A DNA stretch of 45,094 nt, from contig JAGQRJ010000198.1 of the NCBI GenBank assembly GCA_020425635.1, positions 1-45,094 on the forward strand. The letters run 5' to 3'. This DNA is from Planctomycetota bacterium. GTDB lineage: Bacteria; Planctomycetota; J058. Both the position numbers and the translations under genes were made by a program. Positions within the stretch are counted from its first letter, which is position 1. Each line of letters begins with the position of its first letter. Below the pieces are notes generated by a model. That model searched no databases. It was given only the letters and a program-made list of their open reading frames with translations, and was not told where the DNA came from. Below, piece after piece: positions 36,572 through 44,973 of this stretch.

Positions 36572-38485
36572 TCAGACCGCGAGCTTCTCTCCGACCGTGA
36601 AGAAGTCGTAGGGCGCGTTGAGCGCGCGCAGGCGCAGCTCGATCCCGTTGACGAGCACGCTCCCGCTGACCAGCGGGTGCGCGACCGAGGTCGCGACCCG
36701 CGCCGGCCCGAACTGCGCGTCGACCCCGTCGGCGATCTCGATCGAGAAGCGCTCGAGGTCGGGGGCGTAGCTCAGCCAGCCGCACACCCCCACGCCAGGC
36801 AGCCCGAGGCCCACGGCGTCGTCGCCGCCGATCGGGACGCGGGCGCCGGGCCACACCAGCAGGTAGCGGTGCCCGCACTCCTCGTCGCGCCGCAGGTCCA
36901 GGGCGCCGAGGTGGGCGCTGCCCTGGAGGTTGACCGCCTTGTTGGCCAGGCTGAGGCGAAAGCTCGCGCCGAGGGGGGTCGGGGTCCGCGGGGCCATGCG
37001 GTCGCCGTCGAGCTCGGTGCCGTAGGCGCTCTTGAGGTCGCTGGCCGTGAAGCCTCCGTCCGCGGCCGCGAACTCGAGGTGACGACGGCTGATCCGGTTG
37101 GAGGCCACGCTGTCGACGACCTGGCCACGGAACGCGCGGAGCACGACCTGGTTGGTCCGTTCGCGCCCGAGGCTCGGCGCGCCGCTGACCCCGATCAAGA
37201 AGGTGACGTGGGTCTCTCCGGCGACCCGCGCGAGCACGGGCCCCCGCACGGCGGGGAGCTGAGAGATCGTGGTGCTGTTGCCGAAGCGTCGGGACTTGGG
37301 GCGAACCGTGACCGAGATCCCCCCGGGAGGCAGCGTGGGTTGGCCCGAGAGTGAGGGCGGCGGTGAGGCCTCGGGCAGCGTCTGGGCCCCGGGCAGCGTC
37401 TGGGCCCCGGGCAGCGTCTGGGCCCCGGGCAGCGGCTGGGGCTCGGGCGGCAGGTGGCTGGGCGGCGGCGGAGGCGGGGGCGGGGTCTCGACCGGAGTCG
37501 GCGGCTCGTAGCGAGGCGCGACGGTCCCGGGCTGAACCAGCTCGGCGACCACGGGGGGCTCCTCGGGCGCGGGCGGCGGGGCGGTCGCGAAGCGCGGAGC
37601 CGGCTGATTGATCGTGTTGAGGAACCTCAGGTCGTCGATCCCGCCGGCTTGGTGCACCGCGCTGCCCGAGACCTCCGCGGGCATGCGCCCGGCGTATTCG
37701 GGCTCCTGGGCGAGGCGGAACAGGTCTTGGGTGCCCCCCCCGATCCCGCCGTCCCACACCTCGGAGACCGCGAAGCGCGCGTGGCGACGCCGTCGGCGCG
37801 AGGGCAGGAGCGAGAGCAGCGCCCCCGCGTCGTGGGTGCGGGCGCTCCCGTCGGCGCGCGCGATCGCGTGCAGCGCCTGGGCGAGTCGCTCGCCGAGGGC
37901 CTGGGCCAGGCCCTCCCCGCACAGCGTCTCCGCGATTCGGGCCAGGGCGAAGGCGTCCGCGCGCTCGCCGCGCGGCGCCCCTGGCGCGACGTATTCGGGG
38001 GGCAGCCCCGCCTCGGCGAGCACCACGACGCCCAGGTCGAGGAGGCTGATCCCGCCGTCGCTGCGCAGCAAGACGCGCGTCGGGATCAGGCCGTCGTGGG
38101 TCAGCCCCCGGCGGTTGGCCGAGGCCAGCGCGTGCAGCAGCCCGCGCAGGATCGCGCGGGGATCCTTGGCCAGGCCGTGCCCGCAGGCGGAGGGCAAGGC
38201 CTCCCCCTCGTGGAACTCCTGAACCAGGATCAGGTCGCCTGCGGGCCCCCACTCCAGGGCCAAGGGGCGGGCGAGGGCCGACGAGGGGCGCTCGGCGAGC
38301 GCTTCGATCGCGCGTCGCACCTGCGGGAAGGCCCGCTCGCGGGCCTCGGTGGCCGCGAGCCGATGCACCTCGACCCGGTTCTGGGTCTCGGCGTCCTCAC
38401 ACAAGAAGGCCTCCCCCCCCAGCCGGGAGGAGACGCTCGTGACGACGCGGTAGCGGTTCAGGAACAGGTCGGTCGAAGCGGTCAC
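36572..38485 (-). CDS. kinase-like (predicted pseudokinase) protein with Pro-rich linker and FHA domain
   Basis: The N-terminal ~230 aa has a protein-kinase layout with degenerate catalytic motifs: RVEVHRL in place of VAIK, THDGLIPTRV in place of HRDxKPxN, DLG present. Pro-rich linker contains (LPGAQT)x3. FHA signature LGRERTNQVVL...SNRISRRHLEF...SDLKSAYGTELDG. Confidence 0.7.
   Translation of the reverse strand: MTASTDLFLNRYRVVTSVSSRLGGEAFLCEDAETQNRVEVHRLAATEARERAFPQVRRAIEALAERPSSALARPLALEWGPAGDLILVQEFHEGEALPSACGHGLAKDPRAILRGLLHALASANRRGLTHDGLIPTRVLLRSDGGISLLDLGVVVLAEAGLPPEYVAPGAPRGERADAFALARIAETLCGEGLAQALGERLAQALHAIARADGSARTHDAGALLSLLPSRRRRRHARFAVSEVWDGGIGGGTQDLFRLAQEPEYAGRMPAEVSGSAVHQAGGIDDLRFLNTINQPAPRFATAPPPAPEEPPVVAELVQPGTVAPRYEPPTPVETPPPPPPPPSHLPPEPQPLPGAQTLPGAQTLPGAQTLPEASPPPSLSGQPTLPPGGISVTVRPKSRRFGNSTTISQLPAVRGPVLARVAGETHVTFLIGVSGAPSLGRERTNQVVLRAFRGQVVDSVASNRISRRHLEFAAADGGFTASDLKSAYGTELDGDRMAPRTPTPLGASFRLSLANKAVNLQGSAHLGALDLRRDEECGHRYLLVWPGARVPIGGDDAVGLGLPGVGVCGWLSYAPDLERFSIEIADGVDAQFGPARVATSVAHPLVSGSVLVNGIELRLRALNAPYDFFTVGEKLAV
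37373..37440. repeat. 18-bp perfect tandem repeat x3 plus a partial fourth unit (coding)
   Basis: GGGCAGCGTCTGGGCCCC at 37373-37390, 37391-37408 and 37409-37426, then GGGCAGCGGCTGGG. Encodes LPGAQT repeats on the minus strand. Confidence 0.9.
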
Positions 38486-38586
38486 GGCGGTCCTTCCGCC
38501 ACGATCCTACACCGAATTCGAGCCTCCTCGCAGCCGCTCGCCGCCTCCCGAATCCGTGCTATACCTCACGGCCTCAGGAGGCCCTC

Positions 38587-40653
38587 ATGACCCGTTCTCC
38601 CTTGGCCGCCGCGCTGCTCGCGGCGTTGGTCACCGCGACGCCCGCGCTCGCGCAGTCCAACACCTTGCGCCAGGACATCGACTTCGCCCGCGAGAAGGTC
38701 TATCCCGCGCTGGTCAACATCGCCGTGGTCGTCAAGCAGTTCGGCGGCGGCCGCAGCCAGCGCGGCCTCGGCGCGGGCAGCGGGGTGATCGTGAGCCCGG
38801 CGGGGCACGTGCTGACGAACTTCCACGTCGCCGGTCACACCACGCGGATCACCTGCACGCTCCCCTCGGGCGAGCGACTGCGCGCCGAGGTCCTGGCCCA
38901 CGACCCGCTGACCGACCTCAGCGTGCTCAAGCTCGACCTCGGGGCGCGCTCCTCCACGACGCCCCTGCCCTTCGCGACCCTCGGCAAGTCCGCCGACCTG
39001 CGCGTGGGCGACTACGTGCTGGCCATGGGCAACCCCATGGGGCTCTCGTCGTCGTTGACCCTCGGCGTGGTCGCCAACACCGCGCGCGTGTTCACGAACT
39101 TCGCCGGCACCGAGATGGAGGAGATGGACCTCGGCGAGGGTGAAGTCACCGGCCTGTTCACTCGCTGGCTGCAGCACGACGCGCTGATCCTCCCGGGCAA
39201 CTCGGGCGGACCGCTGGTCAACCTCCGGGGCGAGGTCGTGGGGATCAACGAGCTCGGCGGCGGCGGCATGGGCTTCGCCATTCCCTCCGACCTCGCGAGC
39301 AAGATCCTGAACCAGGTGCTGACCCTCGGCGAGGTCCGCCGCGGCTGGCTCGGGTTCTCGGTCGTTCCGCTCAGCCACGAGGAGAAGCTCACCGGGGCGC
39401 TGGTGTCCTCGGTGATCCCCGGCTCGCCCGCGGCCGAGGCCGGCCTCGAGCCGGGCGACGTACTGAGCATGATCAACACCGGCGAGGTCAGCGTGCGCTT
39501 CCTCGAGCAGGTCCCCGCGCTCTACCAGCAGGTGGCCGAGCTCGTCCCCGGCCAAGACGTCGAGCTGCTCGTCGAGCGCCGCGGCCCCGAGGGCTGGAGC
39601 AAGCACACCCTCAAGACCAAGGTCACGCAAATGGAGCCCTTCCTCGGCGACCAGGTCGAGGCCGCGGGCGGGGTCACCGTGCGCGAGATCACCGGCCCCA
39701 TGGCCCTCGTGCGCCGCTACCCCGACACCAAGGGCGTGCTGATCACCGGCATGCGCCCCGGGAAGTCCTTCGAGGAGGCCAAGCCCCCGATCCAGTCCAG
39801 CGACGTGATCCTCAAGGTCGGGAAGCACGCGATCGACGGGATCGCGAGCTTCAAGGCCGCGCTCAAGGCCCACGCGGGTCAGGAGGCCGTGGTCACCTAC
39901 CGCCGCGGGCAAGAGCTGCTCATGACCGTGGTCGACCTCGAGGAGGACGAGCCCAAGCAGCAGGGCGGCGAGCTGCGCAAGGCGTGGCTCGGCGTCAAGA
40001 CCCAGGTCCTGACCACCCCGCTCGCCGAGGCGCTCGGGCTGAAGGGGATCAAGGGGTTCCGCGTCACCCAGGTGTTGCCCACCACCGAGGCGGAGAAGGC
40101 TGGGCTGAAGGCAGGCGACGTGATCACCGCCGTCGACGGAGAGCCCCTCGAGGCCTATCGGCTGCGCGACGCGCGCGAGCTGAAGGTCGCGATCGAAGAC
40201 CTCCCGATCGGCGAGGACGTGGCGCTCACGATCGTGCCTGCCGGCACCACGACCAAGAAGGACGTACAGGTCAAGCTGCAGGAGTCGCCGGCCACGGCGA
40301 CCGACGTCAAGGTCGCCCACAACGACTACTTCGAGGTCGCCGTGCGCGAGCTCACCTTCATGGACCGCGTGCGCTATCAGTGGTCGCCCGAGCAGGCCGG
40401 CGTGCTGGTCACCGAGGCCACCAACGGGAGCTGGGCGCAGGTCGCCGGGCTGCGGGTCAACGACCTGCTGGTCGAGGTCAACGGCGTCGAGCTGAAGACC
40501 GCCGCCGACTTCGAGGCCGCCATGGAGACCATCGAGAAGGAGCGGCCGGAGGTCGTGCGCATGTTCGTGCGCCGTCGCCACCGGACGCAGTTCGTGTTCA
40601 TCGAGCCGGAGTGGGAAGAGCCCGCCCCGACGACCCCCACCTCTGGAGAGTGA
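38587..40653 (+). CDS. HtrA/DegP-family periplasmic serine protease with four PDZ-like domains
   Basis: AGGAGG lies 7 nt upstream of the ATG. Signal peptide present. Catalytic triad contexts HVLTNFHV, DLSVLKL and GNSGGPLVNLRGEVVGIN. Four segments carry PDZ hallmarks: GSPAAEAGLEPGDVL, GKSFEEAKPPIQSSDVIL, TEAEKAGLKAGDVIT and GSWAQVAGLRVNDLL. Confidence 0.9.
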   Translation: MTRSPLAAALLAALVTATPALAQSNTLRQDIDFAREKVYPALVNIAVVVKQFGGGRSQRGLGAGSGVIVSPAGHVLTNFHVAGHTTRITCTLPSGERLRAEVLAHDPLTDLSVLKLDLGARSSTTPLPFATLGKSADLRVGDYVLAMGNPMGLSSSLTLGVVANTARVFTNFAGTEMEEMDLGEGEVTGLFTRWLQHDALILPGNSGGPLVNLRGEVVGINELGGGGMGFAIPSDLASKILNQVLTLGEVRRGWLGFSVVPLSHEEKLTGALVSSVIPGSPAAEAGLEPGDVLSMINTGEVSVRFLEQVPALYQQVAELVPGQDVELLVERRGPEGWSKHTLKTKVTQMEPFLGDQVEAAGGVTVREITGPMALVRRYPDTKGVLITGMRPGKSFEEAKPPIQSSDVILKVGKHAIDGIASFKAALKAHAGQEAVVTYRRGQELLMTVVDLEEDEPKQQGGELRKAWLGVKTQVLTTPLAEALGLKGIKGFRVTQVLPTTEAEKAGLKAGDVITAVDGEPLEAYRLRDARELKVAIEDLPIGEDVALTIVPAGTTTKKDVQVKLQESPATATDVKVAHNDYFEVAVRELTFMDRVRYQWSPEQAGVLVTEATNGSWAQVAGLRVNDLLVEVNGVELKTAADFEAAMETIEKERPEVVRMFVRRRHRTQFVFIEPEWEEPAPTTPTSGE

Positions 40654-40654
40654 A

Positions 40655-41518
40655 ATGCTGCTTCGCACCCCCCTCGCCGCGCTCGCGGCGCTGACCCTGA
40701 TCTTGCCCGCCGGCGCCGACGACGAGGGCGCCGCCCTCAAGGCGCTGCTCGAGAAGCACGCGCCCTCGATCGTGACCGTGCGCTGCGTGCTCAAGACCGA
40801 GATCTCGGTCATGGGGCAGTCCCAGGACAACGAGTCGCGGGCCAACATTCCGGGGGTCGTCGTCGACGCCAGCGGCTTGGTCATGATCTCGGGCTCGCAG
40901 ATCAACGGCGGGAAGATCCGCGAGATGCTCTCGGGCATGGTCCCCCCGGACCAGGAGCTGAGCCTCAAGATCACCCCCAGCGAGCTCAAGGTCGTGATCG
41001 AAGGCGACGAGAAGCAGTACGAGGGCTTCATCGCCGCCAGCGACGCGCGCCTCGACCTGGCCTTCGTCCAGATCGAAGGCCTCGGAGATCGCGCCCTGAC
41101 CGCGGTCGACTTCACCGGTGACGCGCAGCCCGAGGTCGGCCAGCACGTCGTCGCGCTCACCCGCCTGGGCGAGGGCTTCGACTACGCGCCGCGCTTCGAG
41201 CGCGGTCGCGTGAACGGCAAGATCAAGAAGCCGCGCAAGGCCTGGACCGTCGACGGAGGCGTCGAGGTCGCGGGCCTCCCCGTGTTCGGACACGACGGCG
41301 CGACCCTGGGGGTCATGACCCTCGTCAGCTCGGGCGTCAAGACCGAGAGCGGCGGCGGCATGTTCGGCGGCATGTTCGGCGACGACAGCGACCCCCCCAT
41401 GATCACCGCGGTGGTGCCGAACAAGGTCGTGCGCGGCGTGATCGAGCAGGCCAAGGTCCGCGCGGTCGAGGTCGCCAAGGAGCGCGCCGAGGGAGCTGCC
41501 GCGCCCGAAGGCGAGTAG
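40655..41518 (+). CDS. secreted HtrA-like trypsin-fold protein lacking catalytic His and Ser (predicted pseudoprotease)
   Basis: ATG lies 1 nt after the HtrA stop. Signal peptide present. Co-linear with the HtrA protease domain: PGVVVDASGLVMISGSQING vs GSGVIVSPAGHVLTNFHVAG (no His); DLAFVQIE vs DLSVLKLD (Asp kept); VEVAGLPVFGHDGATLGVM vs ILPGNSGGPLVNLRGEVVGI (no Ser). No PDZ domain. Confidence 0.6.
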   Translation: MLLRTPLAALAALTLILPAGADDEGAALKALLEKHAPSIVTVRCVLKTEISVMGQSQDNESRANIPGVVVDASGLVMISGSQINGGKIREMLSGMVPPDQELSLKITPSELKVVIEGDEKQYEGFIAASDARLDLAFVQIEGLGDRALTAVDFTGDAQPEVGQHVVALTRLGEGFDYAPRFERGRVNGKIKKPRKAWTVDGGVEVAGLPVFGHDGATLGVMTLVSSGVKTESGGGMFGGMFGDDSDPPMITAVVPNKVVRGVIEQAKVRAVEVAKERAEGAAAPEGE

Positions 41519-41598
41519 ACCCACTCCGCCAAGGAGCTCGGACGGGGCGCGGTGCAAGCCGCGCCCCGCTCCACGTACGGGCCTCGACCCTATCCCTT

Positions 41599-41627
41599 GA
41601 AAAACCGTGCACCCAAGACGGTTTTTC
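41599..41627 (+). terminator. A/T-flanked stem-loop (possible intrinsic terminator) inside an AT-rich island
   Basis: GAAAAACCGT-gcacccaag-ACGGTTTTTC is a perfect 10-bp inverted repeat with an A-tract and T-tract, about 80 nt after the pseudoprotease stop. The GC part of the stem is only 4 bp, so it is weak. Confidence 0.35.
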
Positions 41628-41719
41628 CTGGACTTATACCTATAAAGATCTCTTTAAACTCGCTACATTCGCTGAGGGAAAGCAAGCCTTGAGGGGCCTC
41701 CGAGAGGCCCTGGAAGTAG

Positions 41720-43249
41720 GTGACCTTGGGCGACGCGCGGTATCTGACCCACTTGAGTTGGAACGTGTCCGTGCACGACGCCAGCCAACTGGAGCTGGTG
41801 CTCGACTACGCCCTGCGCCCAGGCCTCCCCGGCGAGCCCGCCGCCGCTCCCCGCTTCGACCTGCAGCTCTTCCTCGTGGCGCCCAACGCCGTCGACCTGG
41901 ACCGGGCGAGCCGGGAGCGCTTCCTGGGCGACCTGACCCACCGCATGCGCTTGCACACCCCGCGTCGTCAGCGCGGCTTCGGCAAGGGGCGGATCCCGGC
42001 GCTCGACCGCTACCTCGAGCTGGGCCTCGACCTGGGCACCAAGCGCCGCTGGGCGCCGCGCGTCGTCCAGGACGTCAAGCTCTTCGCGAACCGCGTCAAC
42101 CAGTGCCTCAAGGACACCTTCGAGCGGGGTGAGCTCAAGCCCGACTTGAAGTACAAGCGCGACCTCCGCCAGGCGGTCAAGCAGGTGCGAGTGCTACGCG
42201 AGCGCTACGCCCACGCGGTGCGCGCGAACCCCTTGCTCTTCGACGAGACCGTGCGCGAGGCGGTGCTCGGAGCCGAGGAATACCTCACCGCCCAGGTGCA
42301 GTCGGTGCTCTCGCGCGCCTCCCTGGCCGGCAAGCGCAAGGCGACGAAGGCGCTCCTGCAGGAGGTCGGCCGGCGCGGCTCGGCGGCCGACGTCGACTCG
42401 GACTACGCGCTCGAGTGCTACTCGCACCGCCTGAGCGTGCTGAAGAAGTTCGTCTCCTCGGTGCTCTACGTGCGCCTGCGCGAGGTCCGCCGCGACCGGC
42501 TCTACCGCAACCTGGCCGCGGCCTGCGGCGCGGCCCTCGCGGCGTCCTTCGCCGAGGTCACGCGCTACCAGACGTCCATGGCCATGGGCACCACCGACTT
42601 CGGGCTGCGCGTCGCCTTCTTCCTCGCGCTGGGCGTGCTCGCCTACGTGTTCAAGGATCGCCTGAAGGACTTCGCCAAGGAATACCTCGGCCGCGTCGTG
42701 AGCCGCCGGCTCCCCGAGCGCGAGGTCATGGTCGAGTTCGACTACCGCGATCGCGAGGGCAGCGAGCGCCGCCTGACCCTCGCCCGCCAGCAGGAGTCGG
42801 TCGACACCGGGTCGACCCTCGAGCTCCCGCCCGAGGTCTACTACGTCTGGACCCGGCTCTCGCCCGAGCAGGGCAGGCGACCTCCCTGCGACGCGCTGCG
42901 CTACTCCAAGTCGCTCGTGGTGAACACGCGCGCGATCGGGGCGCTGGAATACAAGCGGATCTCCTTCAAGGACGTGCTGCGCTTCGACGTCAGCTCGTTC
43001 CTCGGCAACCTCGACGACCCGGCCCGCCAGCTCGCGCTCTTCGACAGCAAGCGCGCGAGCAGCGTGCTCGTGACCACCTCCAAGGTCTACTACCTCGACC
43101 TGGTCCTGCGCCTGACCAGCCGGGACGGCTTCGGGAACGAGCAGGTCCGCCTGGAGGCGGTGCGGGTCGTCCTCGACAAGTCGGGCCTGCTGCGCGTCGA
43201 CCGCCCCGTGGAGGCGGGCCGCTACCACTACGAGGCGTGGGCGGCGTGA
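41720..43249 (+). CDS. hypothetical membrane protein (two central TM helices), no recognisable family
   Basis: GTG start preceded by GGAAG. High GC3 throughout 509 codons. TM candidates LYRNLAAACGAALAASFAEV and FGLRVAFFLALGVLAYVF. The stop overlaps the start of the next gene (GTGA). Confidence 0.6.
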   Translation: MTLGDARYLTHLSWNVSVHDASQLELVLDYALRPGLPGEPAAAPRFDLQLFLVAPNAVDLDRASRERFLGDLTHRMRLHTPRRQRGFGKGRIPALDRYLELGLDLGTKRRWAPRVVQDVKLFANRVNQCLKDTFERGELKPDLKYKRDLRQAVKQVRVLRERYAHAVRANPLLFDETVREAVLGAEEYLTAQVQSVLSRASLAGKRKATKALLQEVGRRGSAADVDSDYALECYSHRLSVLKKFVSSVLYVRLREVRRDRLYRNLAAACGAALAASFAEVTRYQTSMAMGTTDFGLRVAFFLALGVLAYVFKDRLKDFAKEYLGRVVSRRLPEREVMVEFDYRDREGSERRLTLARQQESVDTGSTLELPPEVYYVWTRLSPEQGRRPPCDALRYSKSLVVNTRAIGALEYKRISFKDVLRFDVSSFLGNLDDPARQLALFDSKRASSVLVTTSKVYYLDLVLRLTSRDGFGNEQVRLEAVRVVLDKSGLLRVDRPVEAGRYHYEAWAA

Positions 43250-44973
43250 CCCCCCTCGTCGTGCTCATGGCGTTCTCCGGGCTCGGGCTGGTCCTGTTCG
43301 GGCTGCGCGTGTTCATGCAGACCCTCGACGAGACGGTGGCCGCCCGCTCGCGCCCGCTGATCTCCGCGGCCACCCGCGGCACGCTGCGCCCCCTGGCCAC
43401 CGGTTTCGGGGTGACCCTCGTGCTCCAGGCGAGCTCGGTCACCGTGATCGCGCTGCTGGGGCTCCTGCAGACCTCGTTGATCCCGCTGGAGGCCGCCCTG
43501 CTGGTCATGCTCGGGGCCACGGTCGGCACCTGCGCCAAGGCGTGGCTGTTCACCCTCCCCTTCGCCGTGCTCGGCCCGCTCCTCGTCGGGGGGGCGAGCG
43601 TGGCCCTCGTCCTCGCGCGACGCTACGTGCTCCGCACCGGGCTGCAGCTGGCCTTCGCCCTCGGGCTGGTGTTCCTCGGCTGGCACCTGGTCGCGGCCAA
43701 CCTCGAGCCCGCGCTGCGGAGCGAGGCCTTGACCGCCTTCCTCGAGGGACTCGACGTCGCGACTCCTGCGGGGCTCCTGGGCGCGATCTGCTTCGGGGTC
43801 CTGCTGACGGCCGCGGTCAACTCGAGCAGCACCGTCGTGTTCCTGCTGCTCGTGCTGGTCGAGACCCAGGCGCTCCCCCTGCCCCTGGCCGCCGCGGTCG
43901 TGCTCGGGGCCAACGTGGGCACGACCGCGACCCCCCTCTTCGCGTCGCTGGAGTATCGGGTCGACGTGCGCCGCCTGGCCCTGGCCCACACCCTGGTCAA
44001 GCTGGCCGGGGTGCTGGTGGCTGCCTGCTTCTTCCGCTCCTTCCTCACGCTGGCCGCCGCGCTGACCGAGCCCCTGGGGGCCACGAGCGGCCCGGCCCGG
44101 CTGGCGGCGGTCCACACCGTGTTCAACCTGATCAACGCCCTGGTGTGGATCCCGCTCGTCCCTCGCCTCGCCCGCCTGCTCCGCGGCCGCGCGGCGCGGG
44201 CGCCGTTTCACGCGACCGCGTTCCTGGCCGCGCCGGTGCGCCGGATCCTGGCCAACGTCCCGGACGAGGCCCTCGAAGAGCTCGCCCGCGCCCGCGACCG
44301 TGCGCTCCAGGAGCTGAAGCTGACCAGCGACCGCATGCTGGCCGCCCTCGAAGGCAGCGAGCGCGACGCGGAGCGACTCGAGCCGCGTCACGACCTGCTC
44401 GACGGGGTGGTGGCCGGGCAAGAGCTGCTCTCGGCCCTCGCGCTGCGCAACCCCTGGACGCCCGCCCAGCAACGCCTGCGCGCGGAGCTGGACGCGCTGC
44501 ACGCCATGGTCCTGGAGGACGTAGCCCTGGTCCGCAGCCTGCAGCTCGAGCCGCACGGCTACCGCCAGCTACGCCTGGACCACCTCCGACCGGGGCTCGC
44601 GGGCCTGCGCCACGCCCTCGAGGTGCGCTGGCACGACCTGCTCACCGGCGGCGCCGAGCCGCGCTCGCCCGACGACCTCGACGCCGCGGAGGGCGAGCTC
44701 CTCGAGCGCCTGCGCGGCAGCGGGCGGGTGACCGAGGCCGACCTGACCCACCTCGGCCGCCAGTTGGCGCACGTGCGCCGGATCGCCCAGCTGATCGAAG
44801 AGCTCGCGCTCCGCGGGCACCTCGCCAGCGAGGAGGACGTCTCGCCAGCGGCCGCGGAGCCCGCGACCCCTGACGCAGCCTCGCCCGCCGAGGGTGACGC
44901 CCAGTCCGCGCCCAGCGCCGCTCCGACCCCCGAGGAGCAGACCGCGCCGGCCGAGGCGCCGGCGTCCCGCTAG
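43246..44973 (+). CDS. Na/Pi-cotransporter II-related family protein with C-terminal PhoU-like helical domain
   Basis: GTG 43246 within track ORF 42415..44973; the upstream part is an off-frame shadow. Duplicated hydrophobic Na/Pi-cotransporter repeats (GFGVTLVLQASSVTVIALLGL ... LLTAAVNSSSTVVFLLLVL). Helical C-terminal half and an acidic/Pro-rich tail. Confidence 0.8.
   Translation: MTPLVVLMAFSGLGLVLFGLRVFMQTLDETVAARSRPLISAATRGTLRPLATGFGVTLVLQASSVTVIALLGLLQTSLIPLEAALLVMLGATVGTCAKAWLFTLPFAVLGPLLVGGASVALVLARRYVLRTGLQLAFALGLVFLGWHLVAANLEPALRSEALTAFLEGLDVATPAGLLGAICFGVLLTAAVNSSSTVVFLLLVLVETQALPLPLAAAVVLGANVGTTATPLFASLEYRVDVRRLALAHTLVKLAGVLVAACFFRSFLTLAAALTEPLGATSGPARLAAVHTVFNLINALVWIPLVPRLARLLRGRAARAPFHATAFLAAPVRRILANVPDEALEELARARDRALQELKLTSDRMLAALEGSERDAERLEPRHDLLDGVVAGQELLSALALRNPWTPAQQRLRAELDALHAMVLEDVALVRSLQLEPHGYRQLRLDHLRPGLAGLRHALEVRWHDLLTGGAEPRSPDDLDAAEGELLERLRGSGRVTEADLTHLGRQLAHVRRIAQLIEELALRGHLASEEDVSPAAAEPATPDAASPAEGDAQSAPSAAPTPEEQTAPAEAPASR

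Noticed and set aside
37373-37440. Short perfect direct repeats, considered as a possible CRISPR array.
   Set aside because: The units are contiguous with no spacers, only 18 bp long, inside a well-supported coding frame, and there are no cas genes in the window.
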